Assembly (NCBI RefSeq): GCF_001306055.1
Contig: NZ_LGHJ01000006.1
Location: 30,001-62,000, forward strand
Direction: 5' to 3'
Source: Bellilinea caldifistulae
GTDB lineage: Bacteria > Chloroflexota > Anaerolineae > Anaerolineales > Anaerolineaceae
DNA: 32,000 bases
Every line of letters starts with the position of its first letter. The first letter of the stretch is position 1. Under the pieces are notes generated by a model. That model was not told the DNA's origin. It saw only the letters and a list, made by a program, of their open reading frames with translations, and did no database searches. Below, piece after piece: positions 15,878-23,821 of the stretch. Position numbers and translations under genes: made by a program.

Positions 15878-15909
15878 GAATTTAGAATAATAAAAGAAGG
15901 GACAATCGA

Positions 15910-16110
15910 ATGGACGAACTAGTGAAATTGGTGGTGCAAAAGACCGGTATTCCCGAACCCGCAGCCAGACAGGCGGTTGAAGTGGTGTTGGGTTTCTTAA
16001 AGGAGAAACTGCCCGCACCGATTGCCGATCAGATTGACGCGGTCGTTTCCGGTTCAGGTAAGCTGGATGATGTGACCAAAGGCCTGAAGAATTTTCTGAA
16101 AAACTCATAA
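15910..16110 (+). CDS. Small hypothetical helical protein (66 aa)
   Basis: MDELVKLVVQKTGIPEPAARQAVEVVLGFLKEKLPAPIADQIDAVVSGSGKL. AGAAGGGA Shine-Dalgarno lies about 7 nt upstream. It is followed 21 nt later by the DUF4332 gene. Confidence 0.6.
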   Translation: MDELVKLVVQKTGIPEPAARQAVEVVLGFLKEKLPAPIADQIDAVVSGSGKLDDVTKGLKNFLKNS

Positions 16111-16131
16111 AATCGTACAAGGGAGGCTGTG

Positions 16132-16536
16132 ATGACTGCACTGGCAAAAATCGAAGGGATTGGTGAAAAATACGCCGCAAAATTGCAGGAGGCCGGCGTG
16201 ACGACACTGGAAGGTCTGCTGGAAAAGGGCAAAACGCCGCAAGGCCGCAAAGCGCTGGCCGAGGCGACCGGCATCAGCGAAAAATTAATCCTGGAATGGG
16301 TCAATCTGGCGGATTTGTTCCGCATTAAGGGGATTGGCGAGGAGTATTCCGATCTGTTGGAAGAAGCCGGCGTTGATACGGTGGTTGAACTGGCTCAGCG
16401 CAACCCCGAGAATTTGCTGGCAAAGATGACCGAGATCAATGAGCAGAAAAAACTGGTGCGCCGCCTGCCGGTGCTTTCACAGGTGCAGGACTGGGTGGAG
16501 CAAGCCAAGAAACTGCCGCGCGTGGTCGAGTACTGA
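16132..16536 (+). CDS. DUF4332 domain protein (tandem helix-hairpin-helix-like repeats)
   Basis: An internal duplication is visible: IEGIGEKYAAKLQEAGVTTLEGLL and IKGIGEEYSDLLEEAGVDTVVELA. GGGAGG lies 5 nt upstream of ATG 16132. The ORF-track GTG at 16129 is an alternative start. Confidence 0.8.
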   Translation: MTALAKIEGIGEKYAAKLQEAGVTTLEGLLEKGKTPQGRKALAEATGISEKLILEWVNLADLFRIKGIGEEYSDLLEEAGVDTVVELAQRNPENLLAKMTEINEQKKLVRRLPVLSQVQDWVEQAKKLPRVVEY

Positions 16537-16610
16537 ACCGCGTTTCTTACATACGGATTAAATCCCCGCATCACCGCCGGCCGCTGACCGGTGGCAGGAG
16601 TTTGTTTACC

Positions 16611-17528
16611 TCACAAAGGGGGAAGAACGCCAGTCTCCCTCAAAAATGAATCCACCGTCTCCTCGTAGGCAGAGCGGTTGTTCCAGTAACTTTCGGCATG
16701 ACCGGCGTTGGGGGCAAGGTAGAGGCGGCGCCAGCCGTGCCGTTTGGCATCGTACAGCCATTGGCTGTGTTGCGGGGGAATGTAGTCATCCTGCTGACCG
16801 TGGATGAACAGCACCGGCATGTTCAGCCGGGGTACCTCCCGCAGTGGCGATACCTGACCGAACCAGAAACCGGCCTGCAGGCGGGCGATCAGGCTGGCGA
16901 GCGGTAGAAAGGGGAATGCCGGCAGGCCCACATCCCGCCGCAGGCGCAGGCGGAGCAGGGCATTCAGGTCGGCAAATGAACAATCGGCGATGACAAAAGC
17001 CGGACGCGAGTCCACGGCCGCGTGTTGCAGGCAGACCGCCGCGCCGAGCGACTCGCCCATCGTTCCCACCCGTCCGCCGGGCGGTAATTGCGCCAGCGCC
17101 CAATCCAGAACGGCGCGCAGGTCATGCCGTTCGTAAAAACCAAAGGTACAGTTGCTGCCGCCGCTCAAACCATGGTAGCGCTGGTCGTAGATCAGTACGT
17201 TGAACCCCCGCCGGCGGAACATGGGGACATACTTGATGCACCCCAACCGCGTGTAGGTGATGCCATGAACCAGCACCACGGTTCGTTCTGCTCCGCGCAG
17301 CGGCAGGTAGGTGGCGCTCAACCGGTAGCCGAACGGGGAGGGGATGGTGACTTCCTGCTTTTCCCACGACCAGTATTCGGCCTCGTTCAGTTTGCCGTTC
17401 TCGACTTCAATTTGATAGGTTTTCAGGTAAGGGAAGCAGCGCGGGCGGATGGCGCGCTGGGTCAGCACTGCCGCAACCGCCAGCAGGAAGAGGATCAGAA
17501 TCACCAGCAGCAGGAGAACAAGCGGCAT
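16611..17528 (-). CDS. Alpha/beta-fold hydrolase with an N-terminal membrane anchor
   Basis: 305 aa. N-terminal hydrophobic helix PLVLLLLVILILFLLAVAAVL. HG oxyanion motif VVLVHGI. Nucleophile elbow GESLGAA. Downstream Asp and His (GHAESY). Confidence 0.85.
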   Translation of the reverse strand: MPLVLLLLVILILFLLAVAAVLTQRAIRPRCFPYLKTYQIEVENGKLNEAEYWSWEKQEVTIPSPFGYRLSATYLPLRGAERTVVLVHGITYTRLGCIKYVPMFRRRGFNVLIYDQRYHGLSGGSNCTFGFYERHDLRAVLDWALAQLPPGGRVGTMGESLGAAVCLQHAAVDSRPAFVIADCSFADLNALLRLRLRRDVGLPAFPFLPLASLIARLQAGFWFGQVSPLREVPRLNMPVLFIHGQQDDYIPPQHSQWLYDAKRHGWRRLYLAPNAGHAESYWNNRSAYEETVDSFLRETGVLPPL

Positions 17529-17534
17529 GGCTTG

Positions 17535-17543
17535 ATTTTATCA
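17535..17543 (-). promoter_or_regulatory. Extended -10 element TGATAAAAT placed for a leaderless hydrolase mRNA
   Basis: The reverse complement of 17535-17543 (ATTTTATCA) is TGATAAAAT. The hexamer ends 6 nt before the ATG at 17528, and there is no Shine-Dalgarno. Confidence 0.45.
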
Positions 17544-17576
17544 CGGGGTCAGGAGGTACAGAGGAGAAAGAAAACA

Positions 17577-17705
17577 GCCACGCCGCCTGACGGCGGCTCG
17601 CAATGAAATGCCCTTTTTAACGTCACTCCGAACGTATTGACACTTTGCAGTGCAGGGGAGTCTCCCACCCCGCCTCCCCAATGGCTCTGGGGGAGATTGC
17701 CACGC
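17577..17705 (+). repeat. Structured intergenic repeat, copy B (junction hairpin plus complete unit)
   Basis: GCCACGCCGCCTGACGGCGGCTCGCAATGAAATGCCC...GTCACTCCGAACGTATTGACACT...CAGTGCAGGGGAGTCTCCCACCCCGCCTCCCCAATGGCTCTGGGGGAGATTGCCACGC. Highly similar to 5111-5235. Confidence 0.8.
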
Positions 17706-17721
17706 TCGTATTCGTTTCTGG

Positions 17722-18849
17722 CTAACCCAGGTGCATCGGCATGATCACATGCACAAAATCATCATCGCCAATGGGCTTGATGGTGGCGGGGGTGTTGTTC
17801 TGATTGGTTTCCAGCGCAACCGACGGGGTCTTGATCACATCCAGCACTTCCCGCAGAAACTTGACATTGAAGGCAATCAACAGCGGGCTGCCCTCGATGT
17901 TGGCGTCCACCTGAATCTGGCTGGCGCCGGTTTCTTCGGACTGAGCGGAAACTTCCACCACCCCCGGCGAATCACTGCCCGGCAGAATGTTCAGGCGCAC
18001 CACATTGTTGCCCTCACGGGCAATGATTTCGGCCTGTTTGCAGGCTTTGAGGAACGCCGGCGTGGAAAGCACGGTGTGGGTCTTGTAAGAACGCGGAATG
18101 ATGGCGCGGTAATCCGGGAAGTTGCCGTCAATCAATTGAGAAACCAGTTCGGCATCTTTGACGTGGAAGATGACCTGTCCGCGTCCCGGCGGCACGTTCA
18201 TGGTGAGCATCTGTTCGCCATCGGTGGCGATGCGCGCCAGTTCGGTCAGGGCGCGCGCCGGGATGATCACCGAAATTTCCTGCCGCACCGGGTTGCTGAG
18301 CAGTCCCTTGCGCACCGAAATGCGGAAGCCGTCCGTGGCTGCCATGGTGATTTGATCTTCTTTGATGTTGAGCAACACGCCTTGAAGAACCGGGCGGGCT
18401 TCGTCGGTGGACGCCGCAAATACCACCTGTTGAATCATTTCCTTAAAATCGTTGACATTCAGGCTGACCCCTTCGGACAGGTCCGGCACGGGAATGGGCG
18501 GAAATTCCTGTGCATCAATCCCTTTGATATCGGTGTTGCTGCTGCCACTGCGCACGTTGAGCGTCTGCGTGCGCGGGTCAAGGGTCAGGTCAATCCGCTC
18601 GCCGGTGAGGGTGTTGACCAGATCCTGAAACGTGCGGGCGGGTACGGTGATCGCACCGGCATCTTCGATGGTGGCCGGTATCCAGCAGGTGATTCCCAGT
18701 TCCAGATTGGTAGCCGAAAGCCGCAGCCGGCCATCGTCGCTGGCAATCAGTATGTTAGCCAGCACTGGCAGGGTACTGCGCGGGGAAACTGCCTTGGAAA
18801 CAATGGCCAAACCGTGTGCCAGATGCTGCTGCTGGACGGATGCTTTCAT
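17722..18849 (-). CDS. dnaN: DNA polymerase III beta subunit (sliding clamp)
   Basis: 375 aa. Starts MKASVQQQHLAHGLAIVSKAVSPRSTLPVLANILIASDDGRLRLSATNLELGI and ends FVHVIMPMHLG. AGGAGGG Shine-Dalgarno upstream. Confidence 0.95.
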   Translation of the reverse strand: MKASVQQQHLAHGLAIVSKAVSPRSTLPVLANILIASDDGRLRLSATNLELGITCWIPATIEDAGAITVPARTFQDLVNTLTGERIDLTLDPRTQTLNVRSGSSNTDIKGIDAQEFPPIPVPDLSEGVSLNVNDFKEMIQQVVFAASTDEARPVLQGVLLNIKEDQITMAATDGFRISVRKGLLSNPVRQEISVIIPARALTELARIATDGEQMLTMNVPPGRGQVIFHVKDAELVSQLIDGNFPDYRAIIPRSYKTHTVLSTPAFLKACKQAEIIAREGNNVVRLNILPGSDSPGVVEVSAQSEETGASQIQVDANIEGSPLLIAFNVKFLREVLDVIKTPSVALETNQNNTPATIKPIGDDDFVHVIMPMHLG

Positions 18850-18880
18850 GGGACGCCCTCCTGAGGATTAGGATAGTGAA

Positions 18881-18889
18881 ATTATATCA
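18881..18889 (-). promoter_or_regulatory. Extended -10 promoter element TGATATAAT for dnaN
   Basis: The reverse complement of 18881-18889 (ATTATATCA) is TGATATAAT. It lies about 32 nt upstream of the dnaN ATG. Confidence 0.5.
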
Positions 18890-18968
18890 GAATCCCGCTC
18901 AGTTCGTTAATCACAACGGCAGGCCAGATCCAGAGATTTTTTATTAAAAGAGGGCGCGCCAAACCGCC

Positions 18969-20303
18969 TCACTCGTACTTTAAGGCATTGACCGGCACGA
19001 GCGTGGCGGCTTGCAGAGAGGGGTACAATCCCGAAAGCAAGCCGACCAGAGTGGAAAACACCAGCGCAAAGACCGGCAGCCAGACCGGTGTTGCGGCAGC
19101 AATTCCCGGCCCAAGCCCGCCATAAGGGTTGGACTGCCCGGCCAGGAAGGTGGTTGCCAGAAAATTGATGGCATAACTGCCGCCCCATCCCAGAATCACC
19201 CCGCCAATTCCGCCGATCAGGCCAATGCCGGCTGCTTCGCCCAAAAAGATGCTCAGTACATCGCGGTTGGTTGCGCCGATGGCCTTCATCAAGCCGATCT
19301 CACGGGTGCGTTCCAGAATCGCCATGGTCATCGTGTTGGCAATGCCGATGGCTGCCACCAGCAAGGAGATGGCGCCGATCCCGCCGAAGACCAGCTGCAG
19401 GACAACAAAGAAGCTGTTGATGCCTTCCACGAACGATTGGGGCGTGGATGCCTGATAACCGAGGGCGTTGATCTGGTCGGCGATGTCTACCACCTGCGAG
19501 GGATCTTCCGCTCGTACCAGCAACTGGTTATAGCCCTCTTTGTTGAAATTAACCCTTTTGCCGCGCACCCATTCTTCCCACTTCATCAACTCATCAAAGC
19601 GCACGAACATGGCATTGTCCTGCTCAGCCCGGGCTTCTTCCAGCACCCCGGCAATCCGCAAGGTGACGGTGCGGGTAATGGCCTGTCCGTCTTCCGTCCA
19701 TTTGGTAATTTCCAGTTTTACCTGCTGACCAACGATGTCCTGTGGGGTGGGCGGCGGAGGCGGTTCCTGACCGGGACGCAGACGCGGGTCGTAAAAGTTC
19801 TTCAACACCCACGAACCGACCACCGCCGTGCCGCGTTCCAATTGGGTGGTGCCGACCTGGGCTTTGTACTCATAGGCTGAAAGATCGTCCACATCTACCC
19901 CTTGAATCCACGGCCAGGTTTCCATCTTCCCGTATTTCAGCAGAGCCCCGCCGCTCAAATTTTGCCGGATGCTGACCAGCGCCACACCCGGCATGGCGCG
20001 AATTTCTTCCACCGTCTTGGGGGTGAGGATTTTGACTCCGGGCGGCATACCCGTGACCGGGTCAACCGCCACCGGCCCCGGCCCGACATTGACCTCGCTC
20101 CAGCCGGGGTAAACATCAATCCGTTTCAGATCGCTGATGCCCCACAACTGACTGGTGGCGCTGCGCTGTAAACCGATGGCCAGCGAAACCAGCAGGATGA
20201 CCGAGGCAGTGCCGATCACCACCCCGATGGCGGTCAGAGCAACCCGGCCCTTGCGCCGGCCCAGATTATCGAAAATTAACCTGACCAGATCCAGAAAACG
20301 CAT
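18969..20303 (-). CDS. ABC transporter permease, FtsX/MacB type
   Basis: N-terminal TM helix, a large extracytoplasmic domain, then a C-terminal FtsX-like three-TM bundle (LLVAAIGIANTMTMAILERTREIGLMKAIGAT). The ATG at 20303 (MRFLDL) sits 7 nt after GGAGG and is preferred over the ORF-track GTG at 20309. Confidence 0.88.
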   Translation of the reverse strand: MRFLDLVRLIFDNLGRRKGRVALTAIGVVIGTASVILLVSLAIGLQRSATSQLWGISDLKRIDVYPGWSEVNVGPGPVAVDPVTGMPPGVKILTPKTVEEIRAMPGVALVSIRQNLSGGALLKYGKMETWPWIQGVDVDDLSAYEYKAQVGTTQLERGTAVVGSWVLKNFYDPRLRPGQEPPPPPTPQDIVGQQVKLEITKWTEDGQAITRTVTLRIAGVLEEARAEQDNAMFVRFDELMKWEEWVRGKRVNFNKEGYNQLLVRAEDPSQVVDIADQINALGYQASTPQSFVEGINSFFVVLQLVFGGIGAISLLVAAIGIANTMTMAILERTREIGLMKAIGATNRDVLSIFLGEAAGIGLIGGIGGVILGWGGSYAINFLATTFLAGQSNPYGGLGPGIAAATPVWLPVFALVFSTLVGLLSGLYPSLQAATLVPVNALKYE

Positions 20304-20356
20304 GCTCACACCTCCAATTCATTCAAACCGCTAAAACAGCGCCCAATTGCTCAACC

Positions 20357-22117
20357 TCATCCTTTGGGGCGCGGCAGGGGTTCAACCGGCACCGGAATTG
20401 GCTCACCCGGCGGGATTCCTTCTCCGGGCATGGGTTCGCCCGGCATCGGGAAAGAGGGCACCGGAGTCGGTTCGGCGCTGTCCAGTCCGATCAGCCCGCG
20501 CAGGAAGCGCAGCACCTTCTGCCAGAATGTTTCTTCGGCGGGGGGCGGCGGTTCGGGCGGGAAGCCGTCGGTCGGAAATTCCGGCGTTGGCATTTCCATC
20601 ACTTCTACCGTCAGGGTTTGAGTGATGGTGCGCGGCTGGTTGAAGTCGTCGGTGTAGTTGATGCTGATTTCAATGTCCAGCGGGCCGGGCTGGAAGGGCA
20701 TGATGTTGGCGTCCAGGGTGAAGTAGCCGCCCGGTTCCAGCGAGCCCACCAGCGTCACATTGTTGGTAATGTCGGCATTGGGGCTGGTGACGCGCATATT
20801 CCCCAGCACGGCGGTCTTGCGTCCCAGATTGGTCACCTGCAGGGGCAGCATGGACATTTGATTGGTGTAGAAAATGCCCGGGTCGCGGTAAAAGCCGACT
20901 TCCACCTGCGGTAACTGGTAGATCAACAGGGTGATGACCTGATCGTTGACCTGCCGCATGCCTTTTTCGTCATCGTAGATGAACGAAAGTTTGAAGGGGT
21001 AAGCCCCCGGGTTGGCGGTCACATTGACGATCAATTTTTGGGTTGCGCTGATCGTTTCGCCAACCGGCACATCTCCCAAAAAGATCAGGTTGGATGCCCC
21101 CAGCGGCGCAAAGGTCGAAAGTTCGCTGGTGCCCGGCACCGGGGTGCCTTGATCGTTGACCCCCGCCCCGCCGCCCAGCACCATCGTAACCGAGCGGGCA
21201 TTGGCCGTTCCCAAATTGCGAATATCCAGCTTCAATTCGAAGATGGCGCCGGGCTGAAGCGGATCTACATCGGTTTGATAGGCGGTTACCACCAGCTGCG
21301 GCCGGCTGATCAGCGTGGGGGTTGCTGTCGGACGGGCCGGCCCGCCGGACGAGGGTTTCTTCAAGTTGATGGTAATCGTCAAAGCCTCGGTGAAGGATTC
21401 GCTGCCATCCAGGTTGGTGTAGGTCAGGTTGACAGTGAGTGTGGCTACACTCTGGCCGCTCAGTGCCGGGTTGGCAATCAACGGCTGGAAGACGTTGACT
21501 TTTTCGGCGGGATCCACCTCGTTCAAGGCGCGTACACCGCCGGTATCCACCGGCAGAAAGTCGCTACCGGTGAAGGTGATCAGTACATTGCGGGCAAAGT
21601 CCTGCCCGCGGTTGACCAGCGTCAGGCGCAGTTCAAATTCCTGGCCGGGGGTGATCTCCGAATCACCGCTCACGCCGTAGGAATCCAGCACCAGCAGCGG
21701 GCGGCCGGCGGCGGTTGGCTGGGGACGGCGGGCGGTGGTGGTTAACCCGATTCTCCCCACCTCGTTACTTCCATCCAGAAAGCGCACTGTGGTCACGTCC
21801 ATGTTGCCATCACTGGCGCTGGCGGGTATGGCCACCGAAACAATCGCGGTGGTGCTTTCGGCGGGGTCGAGGGAGGCGTCGGTGAGGTTGACCGAGGCTG
21901 GCCAGCCGTTGAGCGAATCGGGATCCGCCGCCGTCAGGTTCAACGGGCTGCTGCCGGTGTTGGTCAGGGTGAGCGTGTAAACCACCACCGCACCGGGCAT
22001 GCCGCTTTTGGCGGAATTGTCGGCGGTGACCGTCAAAACCGGCGTTTGAGCGGCGGCCGGCAGGGTCATGCCAATGAGCAAGATCAAGAGACAGAGGATG
22101 AATGGAATCTTCTTCAT
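20357..22117 (-). CDS. Secreted multi-domain protein with repeated CARDB/NEW3-like Ig-fold domains (COG1470-like)
   Basis: Signal peptide MKKIPFILCLLILLIGMTLPAAAQ. At least four repeats fit the pattern 'PG..F.L.L.L.N.G...A.NV'. The tail is Pro-rich with an amphipathic FWQKVLRFLRGLIGL segment. An ATGA overlap couples it to the upstream ATPase gene. Confidence 0.8.
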   Translation of the reverse strand: MKKIPFILCLLILLIGMTLPAAAQTPVLTVTADNSAKSGMPGAVVVYTLTLTNTGSSPLNLTAADPDSLNGWPASVNLTDASLDPAESTTAIVSVAIPASASDGNMDVTTVRFLDGSNEVGRIGLTTTARRPQPTAAGRPLLVLDSYGVSGDSEITPGQEFELRLTLVNRGQDFARNVLITFTGSDFLPVDTGGVRALNEVDPAEKVNVFQPLIANPALSGQSVATLTVNLTYTNLDGSESFTEALTITINLKKPSSGGPARPTATPTLISRPQLVVTAYQTDVDPLQPGAIFELKLDIRNLGTANARSVTMVLGGGAGVNDQGTPVPGTSELSTFAPLGASNLIFLGDVPVGETISATQKLIVNVTANPGAYPFKLSFIYDDEKGMRQVNDQVITLLIYQLPQVEVGFYRDPGIFYTNQMSMLPLQVTNLGRKTAVLGNMRVTSPNADITNNVTLVGSLEPGGYFTLDANIMPFQPGPLDIEISINYTDDFNQPRTITQTLTVEVMEMPTPEFPTDGFPPEPPPPAEETFWQKVLRFLRGLIGLDSAEPTPVPSFPMPGEPMPGEGIPPGEPIPVPVEPLPRPKG

Positions 22118-22866
22118 TTTGTCGGTTCGCTTTCTTCGGGTGCGGTTTGAAATGCAAAGGAGGCAGCGGCTTGAAATTCGGCTTCGCTGACCACCTTGCC
22201 ATCCAGCAAATAGACCGAGTGGGTGGCAAAGGTGTGAATGCGCGGGTCGTGGGTAACCACAATCACCGTTTTGCCGCTGCGGTGCAGCTCGGAAAGCAGC
22301 TGCATGATTCCGAATCCGCTGGCAGTATCGAGATTGCCGGTCGGCTCGTCGGCGAGGATGATATCCGGCGAGTTGGCCAGGGCGCGGGCGATGGCCACCC
22401 GCTGCTGCTGCCCGCCGGAAAGCTCGGTGGGTTTGTGGTGAACGCGGTTCTCCAGCCCAACCTGACGCAGCAGTTCCAGGGCGCGCTTGCGGCGCTTGCT
22501 GGTTGGCACACCCGCAAAACGCAGCGGGAAGGCCACATTTTCCAGTGCGTTCATCGTCTGGACGAGGTTAAACGATTGAAAGATAAAGCCGATTTTCTTG
22601 CGGCGGTAGACCGCCAGTTCGTTTTCGTCCATTTTGTCGAGGGCAACCCCATCCATGATGATTTGCCCGGAGGTGGGACGGTCCAGCCCGCCCAGCAGGT
22701 AGAGCAGGGTGCTCTTGCCCGACCCGGACGGTCCCATGATCACCGTAAAGGTGTTGCGGGGAATATCCAGACTGACCCCCGCAAGGGCGTGCACTTTCTG
22801 CTTTCCCATCAGGTAGGTTTTGCGCAGATCGCGGATTTGGATGTAGGCGCTGTTGGCTTGCGTCAT
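22114..22866 (-). CDS. ABC transporter ATP-binding protein (MacB/LolD-like)
   Basis: Walker A GPSGSGKST, Q-loop, signature LSGGQQQRVAIARAL, Walker B ILADEPTGNLD, H-loop VTHD. Confidence 0.95.
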   Translation of the reverse strand: MTQANSAYIQIRDLRKTYLMGKQKVHALAGVSLDIPRNTFTVIMGPSGSGKSTLLYLLGGLDRPTSGQIIMDGVALDKMDENELAVYRRKKIGFIFQSFNLVQTMNALENVAFPLRFAGVPTSKRRKRALELLRQVGLENRVHHKPTELSGGQQQRVAIARALANSPDIILADEPTGNLDTASGFGIMQLLSELHRSGKTVIVVTHDPRIHTFATHSVYLLDGKVVSEAEFQAAASFAFQTAPEESEPTK

Positions 22867-22884
22867 GACAACCCAATGAAATGA

Positions 22885-23676
22885 TTAGAAGAACATGCGA
22901 GTCGGGTTCAACCCGCTCAATCGGCTGGCGATGTAACCGGGCAGGGCCTGCAATGCCAGCAGTAAAATTACCGAAAGGATGACAGCCGCCCAGGTTTTGC
23001 CCTTGCCCAGTCCGGTCAGGGGCGCCGCGCCGATCAGCAGCAGGACGATCATCCACAGGGTGTACAGATCCACATGAGCCAGCATGGGACGCAGAAAGGC
23101 AGCAAAGCCCACCGCTTCGGGCGGCAAAAAGCCGGAAAGACCGGGTGCCTGAATCACCTGTTGGGTGGTCAGCATGTAGACCGCCTGCACGATAAAGCGC
23201 AGGGCAAACGGCATGCTCGCCCACGCGGCGAGGTTGAGCGCGGCGGTGTTGCTGCCGCGGCTGCCGACCATGGTCAGCGCCAGATGCAGGATGCTGCCCA
23301 GCAAAAACCAGCCGATCCAGATGCCGGCCAGTGCGCCCAACGCCGGCAGGCCGTAGATCACCATGGGACTGGCGCGGTTCTGCTGGCTTTGAAAGTACTG
23401 TTCCTGCTGTTCGGGCGGCCAGTATTGAAAATCGGGCGGCAGTTCGCCGCTCGGCTGGGCGGCGGCGGCGCGGGCCGGTCCGCCGGCCAGCGAAACGATC
23501 AATGCCAGCACGCTCAACACCAGCAAGGGTGCCAGCCAGACGCCCTTTTCCTCACGGCTGATGGCCTGCATGGTGCGGCCGGGACGGAAAAAGACCGGCA
23601 GCAGCCATTCAAAATGCAGCCGACGCGGGCGGGGTTCTTCGATGATCTCACTATCGTTCATTTCGGTTTCTGCCAT
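22885..23676 (-). CDS. Polytopic membrane protein, YIP1-like
   Basis: 263 aa. Acidic cytoplasmic N-terminus followed by about five hydrophobic helices. GAGGT Shine-Dalgarno upstream. The family assignment rests on topology and recalled context, not on a search. Confidence 0.6.
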   Translation of the reverse strand: MAETEMNDSEIIEEPRPRRLHFEWLLPVFFRPGRTMQAISREEKGVWLAPLLVLSVLALIVSLAGGPARAAAAQPSGELPPDFQYWPPEQQEQYFQSQQNRASPMVIYGLPALGALAGIWIGWFLLGSILHLALTMVGSRGSNTAALNLAAWASMPFALRFIVQAVYMLTTQQVIQAPGLSGFLPPEAVGFAAFLRPMLAHVDLYTLWMIVLLLIGAAPLTGLGKGKTWAAVILSVILLLALQALPGYIASRLSGLNPTRMFF

Positions 23677-23821
23677 GGGTTACCTCGATTCGGAAAAATT
23701 GCATCACCATACGAAACCCGATTGCTCAGGCTTATTATAAGACCGATGAGGCTGGAAAAAAGTTCCCGATTCTGTTGTTGAATCTAACATAAATGGGGTG
23801 GTCAGGACAAGGTGGTACCCC

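Noticed and set aside
17650-18864. 404-aa ORF on the + strand
   Set aside because: It is fully antisense to dnaN, whose translation is unmistakable. Its own translation is Gly/Arg/His-rich with no recognisable motifs. This is a typical shadow ORF in GC-rich DNA.
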